NCBI GenBank assembly: GCA_031277105.1
Contig: JAISLW010000268.1
Location: 98,698 to 162,697, forward strand
Reading direction: 5' to 3'
From: Planctomycetaceae bacterium
GTDB taxonomy: Bacteria; Planctomycetota; Planctomycetia; Pirellulales; Thermoguttaceae
Length of the DNA stretch: 64,000 nt
The translations under genes and the position numbers were made by a program. Each line of letters starts with the position of its first letter. Position 1 is the stretch's first letter. Positions 42,323 to 51,294 of this stretch are shown here, in pieces. The notes beneath the pieces were generated by a model. The model had not been told where the DNA came from. It saw nothing but the letters and a program-made list of their open reading frames with translations, and made no database searches.

Positions 42323-43287
42323 AATAAAACCTCTTTTAATTTATCAAAACGCAATAATATTAATTGTACTATCAACTTTTTTCTGTTGTCAGGTAATTTA
42401 TTTTCATTCAAATTATCAGGTAAATTTTCATCAATTGTATAAATAATTTGACGAATACGATCTTTGTTAAAAACGCTAATAACCCGTTTGATCTCTTGTA
42501 TAACAACATCTTTATATTTTGTATATCCTATAAACATTCGTATTAATTCAAAATGGCTTATCTTTTTATCTTCCCACCTAATTTCACATCGATCATTGTT
42601 TATATACCTATCCAACAATTCCGTTTGTAATAAAAATTTTTCCACATCTTTGTCTAATAATTCACGCCCAAGACAACTACCGCTATCATAGATAGGCGAA
42701 AAAACAACGGTATTGTTATTAGAAGTAGATTTAAGTAAATTTGATAGTTTTCGTATGTTCGATTGTTTTTTATGGTTGTTTATTTCTATAATAAATCCCC
42801 AATTTTCTTGATGTCTGTCGCCATTACCAATTAAACTATCAAAAATAATAGTTTTTATTATCTGGTTTACTTGATTTGCTAACTTGTGCGCTTTTAATGC
42901 ACTCTCAATAAAATGGAATGTGTACTGCGTATATGATTGTTTATTTTCAGGAGCGTATGTATTGTCGTAATTGCGGAGATAGTCAATGATTTCAACAAAT
43001 GTATTATTAGTTTTATCAATCATTGATTTTGAAATACAACCTATTTTATCTTTATTATATGCAATATCATAATGTAAAGTATTAAACCCTAATTCATTAC
43101 CTATTGCCGATGCAATAATTTCCGACCAAAATTCATATCTATATGCATCATTACTTCGTTGTAACGAAGTCTTAAAATAATATAATGATCTATCGTCAGG
43201 GTTTTCAACAATTGCTTTATTACGAGAACCTCTTGCAACTACATATTTTTTTTCAATCCAATCCGAAACGTCATAAAAATTTGCCAT
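42319..43287 (-). CDS. HipA-like Ser/Thr kinase core (HipT-like, lacks the N-terminal subdomain)
   Basis: ARGSRNKAIV, catalytic loop LIGNGDRHQENWGF (D-x-H-x-x-N), and IYDSGSC (DFG-equivalent). ATGA overlap with the HIRAN gene. Confidence 0.65.
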   Translation of the reverse strand: MANFYDVSDWIEKKYVVARGSRNKAIVENPDDRSLYYFKTSLQRSNDAYRYEFWSEIIASAIGNELGFNTLHYDIAYNKDKIGCISKSMIDKTNNTFVEIIDYLRNYDNTYAPENKQSYTQYTFHFIESALKAHKLANQVNQIIKTIIFDSLIGNGDRHQENWGFIIEINNHKKQSNIRKLSNLLKSTSNNNTVVFSPIYDSGSCLGRELLDKDVEKFLLQTELLDRYINNDRCEIRWEDKKISHFELIRMFIGYTKYKDVVIQEIKRVISVFNKDRIRQIIYTIDENLPDNLNENKLPDNRKKLIVQLILLRFDKLKEVLL

Positions 43288-43371
43288 TTAATTATCAGTA
43301 ATTATCTGTTTATTACTTTTGAGTACGGCGACATTGATTCTGGTGTACAATACATGTATTCTGTGCGATTG

Positions 43372-43441
43372 AATTATACAGATTATCGAACAACAAGCAA
43401 ATACCAAAAAAAATTCGTCCTATTGATTCTGTATTTTGTCG
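43372..43441 (-). repeat. 70-nt direct repeat A, copy 2 (upstream of the kinase/HIRAN cassette)
   Basis: Identical to 41504..41573. Confidence 0.95.
43373..43400 (-). promoter_or_regulatory. sigma70-type promoter inside repeat A, copy 2
   Basis: Same TTGCTT-16-TATAAT, about 86 nt upstream of the ATG at 43287. Confidence 0.5.
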
Positions 43442-43575
43442 GGCGTCTGTTACGTTTGGATTTTTTTGTTTTTTGTAGGCGTGTTCTAATTGTATTCTTA
43501 CGTAACAGACGATTTTGCGGTTTTATTTGAATTTTTGTAACGATAAAACTCTAGAGTAAACCATTGTCAATGTTT

Positions 43576-45120
43576 TTATGTTGCTTGTGCTGATTGCGAT
43601 TGTTGCTCTAACTTGGCGACTAATTGTTTATAGTCTTCGTTTTCGCGGTATAGGATGTTGTCTTGTTTAGCGTCTAGTTGTTGTTTTAATTCGGCGATTT
43701 GTTTTCGCAAGATTTCATTTTCATTGCAAACAGCGTCTAATTGCTGTTGTAATTCGGTTGTTTTAGTAACTCGTTTTGTTACAGGCGTTAAATGGTCAAC
43801 GTCGGTTGTTGTCAATTCGTATTTAACCGGCAATGGAATTTTTTCGTGCAAATCGCGGTCTACTGGCATTAGCAACGACGTAAAACTTTTAACACTGTGA
43901 TCGCTGTCAAATTGTATAACGCCGCCGTTAGTGTATATTGATTTTATGCCAAGAGACAATATACCCAGTAGATATTTCTTATTGACTACTAATGAATATT
44001 CGGGTTTTAATCCGCACGTAGTTTCGGGACTAAACGTAATGCGATAATTATTCATTGTTGACCATACGGTTGTCATTGCGAATTGTCCGTTTTCTAAACG
44101 TTCTAATTTTATCAATGTTTCGCCGTCGCATGAGCCGTTGTCGGTTTTGTTAGGGTTGACGGGTAACGCTTTCAATAATTTTATAGCGTTGGTCAAATCA
44201 GTTGCGTTAAAATCACAATACGACGTTTCGGGTGTAATTTCAGGAAAGGCGTTTTTCCACGTTACCGGTCTAATCTTATCGGACTTCAAATATAGACTGT
44301 AACCGCCTAGATCAATTACCAAGTATTGGTCAATTGTTCCTAGCGTTACAGATTGCGTAACGTCCAACAACGGCGACAACCACAGCGGCAACAAGAACGG
44401 TGAAACTGTAAAACCTTCTTCCGTTGTAGGATTTTTCGGATCGTATTTGCCTGTACATTCTTGTCGCCATTGTTGCCAAGCGTCTAATAATCTTTCGTAC
44501 TCGTCGACAATCCGCAATTCAGAATAATCAGGCAACGCCCATAAGTACGGCGGAACGTCTATGTTGTTATACGCTATCATTCGGCGCCCGTTTGTAGCAT
44601 ACATTTTATTATCCATAATATGTACGTATTCATACATCATGTGAGTATCAGAATACTCTGCAAAATCTTTACATGCCAAAAACGCTTCCGCAAAACGAGC
44701 GGACGCGATTGGGTTTAATATCTTATACGGTTCAAAATGGATTGGATGTGAATTACGGTAACCGCTACAATCAAATTCGCTAACGCACAATTGAATTGAT
44801 TGTTCAATCTGATTGTCTGTAAAATGCAACGTAACAGGTTCGGTTAAATCGTCTGAAAACGTCATTACGACTTCGCCGCTTTTACCCGCAGCCCGAATAA
44901 AATCTTCATAAGAAACCGCAAACGGATTGACAATAACATTGTCTGCATCGTTATGTAAATCGATACGAATATATTGATGGTCAAATGTTGTTATCCAAGC
45001 GTGATAACCGCTAAATTGAACTTTTCCGCAATGGTTCAAATTGCACATATCGCGAAATTTCTTTTTTAGCGCTTGGGCAATACGGTAAATCGTGGTACGA
45101 GGAATAAGGATTTCTTTCAT
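43576..45120 (-). CDS. DNA sliding-clamp (beta-clamp)-like protein with C-terminal coiled coil, divergent
   Basis: KVQFSGYHAWITTFDHQYIRIDL and YVHIMDNKMYATNGRRMIAY resemble the two clamp A-T-D-x-x-R-x blocks. Weak. Confidence 0.35.
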   Translation of the reverse strand: MKEILIPRTTIYRIAQALKKKFRDMCNLNHCGKVQFSGYHAWITTFDHQYIRIDLHNDADNVIVNPFAVSYEDFIRAAGKSGEVVMTFSDDLTEPVTLHFTDNQIEQSIQLCVSEFDCSGYRNSHPIHFEPYKILNPIASARFAEAFLACKDFAEYSDTHMMYEYVHIMDNKMYATNGRRMIAYNNIDVPPYLWALPDYSELRIVDEYERLLDAWQQWRQECTGKYDPKNPTTEEGFTVSPFLLPLWLSPLLDVTQSVTLGTIDQYLVIDLGGYSLYLKSDKIRPVTWKNAFPEITPETSYCDFNATDLTNAIKLLKALPVNPNKTDNGSCDGETLIKLERLENGQFAMTTVWSTMNNYRITFSPETTCGLKPEYSLVVNKKYLLGILSLGIKSIYTNGGVIQFDSDHSVKSFTSLLMPVDRDLHEKIPLPVKYELTTTDVDHLTPVTKRVTKTTELQQQLDAVCNENEILRKQIAELKQQLDAKQDNILYRENEDYKQLVAKLEQQSQSAQAT

Positions 45121-45235
45121 TTCAATTTTCCTTTATAGATTGTTAATTTAACGCAAACGATACCGTTATCGTTTGACTATTATAATATGCCGTTTAGAGA
45201 GCAAAAATTAGAATAAAAATTATCGTGATTGAAAA

Positions 45236-46717
45236 TTATTTTAGACCGAAATTTAGCACGGATAAATTGTCGATTTGTTCGGAGTTGTCTTCGGAGATTG
45301 CTTTTGCTCTTGCGGCTTGTGAGTTTTGCAATATTGAGTCCGCTTCCTTGTCGGACATATTCAGGAACATCATTAAAAAATCTTTTGGGCAGATTATTGT
45401 TTCGATGTTGTTAGACAGATATGAGCCGATAAGGTTTAATTTGTTGTTTGCGTTTTCGATTTTTTGTTGGTCGGTTCCGGCGTTCAAGTCGTCCCATTTG
45501 ACAAAGAAAATACCGTCTTTGGGCGCTGGCAATTCGCCGATTTGAATCAGCCGCGTTATAAACGGTTTCAATACGAAAGGCGTTAAATAACGTTTCATAC
45601 GCGTCATTAACGTTTTATTCCATTCGGCTACATCTTGCGAACTTGCCAGATCGCCGCGTTCGGAACCGCAAAATATACGCTTCGGACACGATAGCGCTAT
45701 TGCTATCAATTCAATGTTTATATCAATGTGTTCTCTTGGCGATTGGACTTGCGGGCTTAACGAATTAACGTGAGCGTTGGTCAAACCGAACCAGCGTTGT
45801 AATCCGTTTTCATACGCCGCTATTTGTTTTTTCATACTGTCTAAATCTAATTGCACGCCGGACGTAACATCGTCGACCGCTTCAACGCTGAAACCTGGAT
45901 AAGCGCCTTTATAAAACATTTCGCCGGACGAACCTGCTATTTTGCGTATATCTAAAACGTTGTTATAGACTAATTGTAAACGGGGCATACCGAATACAGT
46001 CGAAGTTTGACGATTATCAGCAAGGTGCAAAACCCGCGTCCAATGCACGTCAAGCGTCCGCATATCAACCATGCCCGTATCGTCTTGACAATTATCAGGA
46101 TCGTTAAATTGAATCCGATATAAAACAGGTTGACCGTAACGCGGGTTAGAAGTATTAGTCTCAATTTGAGAAACCTCAATTTGACTATGCGCAAAAGCAC
46201 GCAAATAAATCAATTGATATTTACCCTGCTTCAACGTTTCGGGCAAATATTCAACGCAATCTATCGGCTCGCTCAAATCTTTACCGTCTGAAACGCCAAA
46301 TAAAATTAAGCCATAAGAACCGATGCCTGATAAAATATCAGCAAGCGTCAACACGCCGTAACATTCAAACAATTCAAACGTCCGTTCTAACTTCTTTTCA
46401 AAATCGCTAGTTGACAATTGGTCTTGATCATAAATTTCAGGTTCGGACAACCAGCATTCATTCGGATAAATTGAAACAACTCGATTCGCAATTGCGTTGC
46501 GGTCGAATAATTTCTTGTACATCAATTTGTTGACTATATCAGGGTATCCGAATTGCGTATCGTAATCGCGGTTTAACGTATTCGTATCAACTTCGCCGTT
46601 TAATCCGGCAAGCAACGACCGTCTGTACAACGCTTGAATTATTTCGTTACGTACTACAACATCGTTTTGCAATTTCTCGTTTTCGATTATTACGTCTTTT
46701 TTCAGATTTTTTGCCAT
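45236..46717 (-). CDS. portal protein candidate (DUF1073-like)
   Basis: 493 aa. The size and N-terminal region (..FGYPDIVNKLMYKKLFDRNAIANRVVSIYPNECW..) match my recollection of DUF1073 portals. A MuF-like gene lies downstream on the same strand. Confidence 0.6.
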   Translation of the reverse strand: MAKNLKKDVIIENEKLQNDVVVRNEIIQALYRRSLLAGLNGEVDTNTLNRDYDTQFGYPDIVNKLMYKKLFDRNAIANRVVSIYPNECWLSEPEIYDQDQLSTSDFEKKLERTFELFECYGVLTLADILSGIGSYGLILFGVSDGKDLSEPIDCVEYLPETLKQGKYQLIYLRAFAHSQIEVSQIETNTSNPRYGQPVLYRIQFNDPDNCQDDTGMVDMRTLDVHWTRVLHLADNRQTSTVFGMPRLQLVYNNVLDIRKIAGSSGEMFYKGAYPGFSVEAVDDVTSGVQLDLDSMKKQIAAYENGLQRWFGLTNAHVNSLSPQVQSPREHIDINIELIAIALSCPKRIFCGSERGDLASSQDVAEWNKTLMTRMKRYLTPFVLKPFITRLIQIGELPAPKDGIFFVKWDDLNAGTDQQKIENANNKLNLIGSYLSNNIETIICPKDFLMMFLNMSDKEADSILQNSQAARAKAISEDNSEQIDNLSVLNFGLK

Positions 46718-46989
46718 TAGATTCTTTTCGGATTTCGTTTGTCTTTATTCGGTTTAATTTCGGGTTTAATTTTTCGTTGTTTGTTTGGTTTAGTTTCGTC
46801 AGATTTCTTTTCAGATATTTTTTGTTCTTGCGTTGCGTCGGATTCGTTTTGTTCGTTTTCGGGTTGTACAGTTTCAGACGCAGGTTCAACCGTAGGTTCA
46901 GACGGCTTGGCAGTAAAAAACGATTTAATAAACATTACTAAAAAATCGACAATTACGGCTATGATTAGTCTCCAAAATCTAATTTTCAT
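46717..46989 (-). CDS. small membrane-anchored Lys/Glu-rich protein
   Basis: 90 aa with N-terminal helix RLIIAVIVDFLVMFI. Its stop overlaps the portal ATG (TAATG). Confidence 0.45.
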   Translation of the reverse strand: MKIRFWRLIIAVIVDFLVMFIKSFFTAKPSEPTVEPASETVQPENEQNESDATQEQKISEKKSDETKPNKQRKIKPEIKPNKDKRNPKRI

Positions 46990-47088
46990 TTTATTTTCTC
47001 CCTTATTTTCAAATTGAAAACGCTAACGTTAAAAACCAAAACGTAACTATAGCCGAATTAGAATTTTTTGTGTAATTCTACGATACAA

Positions 47089-47709
47089 TTATTTAGGATT
47101 ATCGTGGAAAAAAGATACGGGCATATTTTTGCAGAATAATTCAAACGGCATCGTGTGTACAAAAACGTAATCGCCTAATTTGTCTTTATACGTTGTTTCT
47201 TGACTTGGCGTTACTGCCCATACGGGCAAACTTGACGTGCTTTTTCTAACGTCAAGAATAAAATGTAACGGAACGTGTATCAATACTTTTTTCTGGTTGC
47301 GTTTTTGGATAACAGCCCAGTACGGCGTATTGGCTTGTTTGCTAGAATTGATTGCTTGTTCGATGAATTGTGCTAATTGCGGCGATTTCTGATGTGCCAA
47401 AGAATCAACAAGCGACGTTGTTTCCGCTTTACTGTAACCCGCTTTCAATTCAAACGTAATTTTATCTGTCAACGGTTTACCGGCAACATCCAAATAACCA
47501 ATATCTCCGGCGCTATTTGCAATTGAAATACCTTTTTTCGATTTGACCGTACTCCTAGCGCCGGAGCCTAAATTACGCCAAAATAAATCAGTACGTTTGC
47601 CCTCCGAAAACCATTCGCTCAACTCGATACAAATTTGGCGTTCAAACGCTGAACCTTTACGGCTGCCGCCGCCTTTTTTCATTTTACGTTTAGGTTTAAC
47701 TTTTTTCAT
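47089..47709 (-). CDS. PD-(D/E)xK nuclease, Hjc-like Holliday-junction resolvase candidate
   Basis: KGSAFERQICIEL, GSGARST, AGDIGYLD and FELKAG give E...D...E-x-K geometry. Confidence 0.5.
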   Translation of the reverse strand: MKKVKPKRKMKKGGGSRKGSAFERQICIELSEWFSEGKRTDLFWRNLGSGARSTVKSKKGISIANSAGDIGYLDVAGKPLTDKITFELKAGYSKAETTSLVDSLAHQKSPQLAQFIEQAINSSKQANTPYWAVIQKRNQKKVLIHVPLHFILDVRKSTSSLPVWAVTPSQETTYKDKLGDYVFVHTMPFELFCKNMPVSFFHDNPK

Positions 47710-48187
47710 TTTCCTTGTATGTTTTTAGTTGTTCGAGTATTTCAGGCTGCGTTTCCCGCAACCGTTTAATCAACGTCGTCGAAGTCAACAATATATCTTT
47801 ACCTTGCATTTCTTTGATAGTATCTTTCAACACGTTTCGCACGTCGTCGACAGTTAATCCGAACACGTCGCTTAACGTTGTATAAACGTAATTGCGTACT
47901 AAACTCAATCGTTTTTCATCGGGCATATTGTCAAGGTTAGCGGGTAAAATTGGTTTAGGTTGTTTCGGCGTTGGCAGCGGCGCTTGTTTCGGTTTAACGC
48001 TGACTTTTTTCAATATGTCTTTTACATCTTTCAAACCGCTTTTTACGTCTTTCAAAACGCTTTTTACATCGCTCTTAATCGCATCAATATCGCCGAATAA
48101 CGATTTCAAAACGCTTAACGCATCCATACCGTTAGACGGCGACGTTTTATACTCATTGCGATTTACAGGTCGGATAGTTCGTCTCAT
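47696..48187 (-). CDS. hypothetical protein
   Basis: 163 aa with SD TAAGGAAACGAA-ATG. Contains the internal repeat VKSVLKDVKSGLKDVKDILKKV. Confidence 0.5.
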   Translation of the reverse strand: MRRTIRPVNRNEYKTSPSNGMDALSVLKSLFGDIDAIKSDVKSVLKDVKSGLKDVKDILKKVSVKPKQAPLPTPKQPKPILPANLDNMPDEKRLSLVRNYVYTTLSDVFGLTVDDVRNVLKDTIKEMQGKDILLTSTTLIKRLRETQPEILEQLKTYKENEKS

Positions 48188-48223
48188 TTCGTTTCCTTAT
48201 CTAGTTTTTATAGCAAACTACGT

Positions 48224-48904
48224 TTACGTCAATTCGCTTGTTATATCAAAAACAGGTTTACTTGTTTGTATTTTAATTTTACGCAACTCTTGATAACGTT
48301 TCATTGCGTCGGGTTCTAATTCTAAATTATCGACATGTTCAACATTGTTAGGCGTTTTCGATTTCCATTTAATCTTTTCTTCTTGCGTAACATTTGGATC
48401 GTATTGTAACGGGTATTTGAACGTATCGGTTTCGGTTGCTAAACGGTCAATTACTTCCCGCAAAAAATAACGTCTGCCGTTACGGTCGGTCAAAATAGAT
48501 TGCGGCGGAATCGTACAAGAGTCTATTCGTCTGTCTAATCGCCGAAGACTGATTTTATATTTACGCATAATTTCCGCTTTAGTATAAAACGAATTGCCCA
48601 CGCCGTAAGGTAAATAACCGGACGTATTCGTCGCCCATATATCTATCAATTTTCGTACAAAATATTTTCTACCCGTTGAATCAGTCAAAACAACATTCGA
48701 CGGCAACTTGCTGACTTTAACCAAATAATCTATCCGTTGACAATTGACTTTATATTTTCGTTGCAATTCCGCAGACGTATAAAACAATTTACGAAAATTA
48801 TACGGATCGTCCGGTTGTATTTTCTTTTTAGTTTTTTGAGTTACTTTCAATTTCGATTTTGGTTGTTGCGTTAAATTTTTATTGTTTTTATGACTCATAG
48901 ACAT
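48224..48904 (-). CDS. protein with two tandem HTH-like modules (possible small terminase or DNA-binding protein)
   Basis: Internal duplication: FYTSAELQRKYKVNCQRIDYLVK..LTDSTGRKYFVRKLIDIW versus FYTKAEIMRKYKISLRRLDRRID..LTDRNGRRYFLREVIDRL. The start may be the second ATG, at 48898. Confidence 0.4.
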   Translation of the reverse strand: MSMSHKNNKNLTQQPKSKLKVTQKTKKKIQPDDPYNFRKLFYTSAELQRKYKVNCQRIDYLVKVSKLPSNVVLTDSTGRKYFVRKLIDIWATNTSGYLPYGVGNSFYTKAEIMRKYKISLRRLDRRIDSCTIPPQSILTDRNGRRYFLREVIDRLATETDTFKYPLQYDPNVTQEEKIKWKSKTPNNVEHVDNLELEPDAMKRYQELRKIKIQTSKPVFDITSELT

Positions 48905-48911
48905 CCTTTCA

Positions 48912-49175
48912 TTATCGTAATTTAACTACTAAACAATTTTCGTAACTTGCGACTTCCCTCCAATAGACGTTAGGTAAATCTTCCCTGATTACGTCGCTGA
49001 AGTACGGCATTAAACCTGTAGGAATAAGCGTTTCGCCGTATCGTAATAATTTACGGATACAATCAACGACTTCGTCGTGTATCGCTTTGTAATATCCAAT
49101 CGATTCCGTATCGTTGGACGAACCCAAAAAATCCGACAATTTCGCCGCCCGTATTGGTTCGACTTTATAATACAT
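48912..49175 (-). CDS. hypothetical protein
   Basis: Start set at ATG 49175 (SD GGGAGA); the track start is TTG. Confidence 0.45.
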   Translation of the reverse strand: MYYKVEPIRAAKLSDFLGSSNDTESIGYYKAIHDEVVDCIRKLLRYGETLIPTGLMPYFSDVIREDLPNVYWREVASYENCLVVKLR

Positions 49176-49289
49176 CTTATTTATCTCCCGTAATTCTTTG
49201 TTTAATTTTCGTAACAATTATTACGCCGTGTAACGTAATAATAATGTATGCCAATTAAACAATAAAAATTAGAGTTTTTTGTTGTACTT

Positions 49290-50687
49290 TTATTCGTATC
49301 GTTTTTTGCGTTGTAACGTCGTTTTGACTAATACGTCGTTCCACACGTCCGCTACAAGTTGTCGAAATTCGTCTTCACGGTTTGAACGTTCTATTAACGT
49401 TATCAATTTTTCTTTCGTTCCCGATAAATTCATTTGCGGTATAGTCAAAGTCCCGCCGGATGCGTTTTTACCGGAAGTTTCTATTGCTTTTTCCGAAAGT
49501 AAATAATCAATACACGAACCGAGATCGTCAATTCCGTAAGTATTGTGGATGTTAAAATTCACTTTGGCGTATTGACCTGTGATTCTGTTTTTCTTGATAC
49601 TCGCTTCGCAGATTGAACCTACAGTCCGTTTAATATTGTTTACGTTTTTTGTCAATTCGCCGACAGATTTCGTCCACAATTCGACGTGCGAATAGAATTT
49701 TAGCGCTTTGCCGCCGCCTGCAATTTTCGGTGCGCCGTAACCGGTTATATTATCCCGCGTCTGCGTAACAATAATTAAAATACTGCCAGTCTTGCGTAAC
49801 CTTGAAACAAAACGGCGTATGTTTTGTGAATTAAATTTCGCTTTACCGTCGCCGTAACTCGCTTTGATCTTGTCCGACTTTTCACCGTTGTCAATTTTAT
49901 CCGCCTTACCCGACAACATCGATTGTATCGCCGATTTGTTACTGTCAAATAATTTCTCATTCGCAAGACTATCCAACGAATCCATCGAATCAAGCACGTA
50001 AATAAACGGTTTTTTTTGTTTTATCTTGTCGTCAAGATACGAATAAAACTCTTCAACTAGCGAACTGTATATCGGCGTACCGTCTTTGTCTTTCGCAGGC
50101 GGCTCGCATCTGCGGGCTAATTTACTGCCAAAATAACGCTCAACGTCAAACAAAGCGCCGTTTTCTACATCATCGTAAATTAAACGATAATTGTCATAAA
50201 CAGGATTATTCGCAGCCTCCGCAAGTATCGAATACGTCAACCACGTTTTACCTGAAGCAGAATCGCCGCATAACCAATAATAAGCGCCAGGCAATATCGA
50301 AGCCTGCCAATTATTCGCTATCGCAAGATTCAATAACGTACTGCCCGTACTCAATAATTTCGTCTTATCGATCCCGTTAGACAATTGCACGCCAAGCATC
50401 GCCTCACGCAACTGTCCCGTTTCAGAATCAGCAGCGCCGTCAACTTTTTTATCGCTAGCCGCATTCGTAACAGATTCAATTACAGGCGTTTCATATTGCT
50501 TGCGCTTTGGTTTGTCAAGTTTGACCGATTCAGTCTTGTCAAGTTTGTCAGAATTATCAGGCGTATTATCGATGCTGTTGTTTTCTGTTTTATTTACGTC
50601 TGACATTTTCACTATTGTTACGTTTGACGGCGTTTCTTTTTTATCTTTTATCTTTTCAGATTTTTCAATTTCTTTTACTTCTACCAT
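49290..50687 (-). CDS. RecA-family recombinase (UvsX/RecA-like) with low-complexity N-terminal extension
   Basis: Walker A LCGDSASGKTW, Walker B FIYVLDSMDSL, and the RecA L2-region block TQTRDNITGYGAPKIAGGGKALKFYSHVEL (compare N-Q-x-R...G-G-x-A-L-K-F-Y-A-S-V-R-L). Confidence 0.75.
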   Translation of the reverse strand: MVEVKEIEKSEKIKDKKETPSNVTIVKMSDVNKTENNSIDNTPDNSDKLDKTESVKLDKPKRKQYETPVIESVTNAASDKKVDGAADSETGQLREAMLGVQLSNGIDKTKLLSTGSTLLNLAIANNWQASILPGAYYWLCGDSASGKTWLTYSILAEAANNPVYDNYRLIYDDVENGALFDVERYFGSKLARRCEPPAKDKDGTPIYSSLVEEFYSYLDDKIKQKKPFIYVLDSMDSLDSLANEKLFDSNKSAIQSMLSGKADKIDNGEKSDKIKASYGDGKAKFNSQNIRRFVSRLRKTGSILIIVTQTRDNITGYGAPKIAGGGKALKFYSHVELWTKSVGELTKNVNNIKRTVGSICEASIKKNRITGQYAKVNFNIHNTYGIDDLGSCIDYLLSEKAIETSGKNASGGTLTIPQMNLSGTKEKLITLIERSNREDEFRQLVADVWNDVLVKTTLQRKKRYE

Positions 50688-50753
50688 TTTTTGTTACGTT
50701 TATTGTTAAATTTAATTCAACGTTAAAGGACAAACAATTATCATTATCCATTC

Positions 50754-51059
50754 TTATACAATAAAAATATCTCTATCATAATCGCTGATTGTGATAGTCA
50801 ACGTCGGATATTTTTTGTGAATAATGTAAACAACATCTTGAAATGTTAGCGCCGGTTGAACAATTTTGCTTCCAGCGTAAGTAACGAGCCATGACGGATC
50901 GCTATCGCTAAAATACTCCAATTCAAGCGCTTTCGTTTGTTGACCAAGTATATCGGCAACTACTACGTCGTACTTATTTTTCTCCGTTATCCGAATTATA
51001 ATATGCTTTTGTGCAGGGGCAAAATCAGTAACATACGCTAATATCAACAACTTTTTCAC
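50754..51059 (-). CDS. hypothetical protein
   Basis: 101 aa with a GTG start preceded by GAGG at 7 nt. Confidence 0.4.
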   Translation of the reverse strand: MKKLLILAYVTDFAPAQKHIIIRITEKNKYDVVVADILGQQTKALELEYFSDSDPSWLVTYAGSKIVQPALTFQDVVYIIHKKYPTLTITISDYDRDIFIV

Positions 51060-51131
51060 ATTTAACCTCGTTTTTATGCTTGATTGGTTTTTGGGAACGT
51101 TAGCGTAAAAAACAATTCATTACGTTACATT

Positions 51132-51204
51132 TGTGCAGGCAGGATTCGAACCTGCGATCTTAAGGTTATGAGCCTTATGCGTTGACCAACTACGCTACCG
51201 CACA
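51132..51204 (-). tRNA. tRNA with CAU anticodon (elongator Met or Ile2-type)
   Basis: Hand-folded 73-nt cloverleaf. Acceptor TGTGCGG/CTGCACA, D-arm GCGT-AGTTGGTCA-ACGC, anticodon arm TAAGG-CTCATAA-CCTTA, variable AGATC, T-arm GCAGG-TTCGAAT-CCTGC. No encoded CCA. Confidence 0.85.
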
Positions 51205-51294
51205 ATCTGGATACGACACAGAGAGATGTACATGCCGTATCCTTGACCGATACGCGAATAGGCGCGTATCAACCACAATGTGTTTTCTTATTGA

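Noticed and set aside
38265-43575. Calling the two-cassette region an integrative mobile element or integron.
   Set aside because: No integrase, transposase or recombinase gene was seen in or next to it, and there is no attC-like structure. The flanks are plain direct repeats, one being a gene end, so homologous recombination between phages is the simpler reading.
46647-46889. Alternative-frame same-strand ORFs nested in longer genes. These are this one plus 45970..46200, 49775..49993, 53684..53887, 62202..62426, 5428..5667 and 13312..13497.
   Set aside because: Each is fully or largely contained in a longer ORF with better start context or recognisable motifs. They have Arg/Lys-rich compositions typical of off-frame reads.
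51132-51204. Calling the tRNA an initiator tRNA-fMet.
   Set aside because: The 1-72 pair is a normal T-A pair. The anticodon stem is TAAGG/CCTTA rather than carrying three consecutive G-C pairs.
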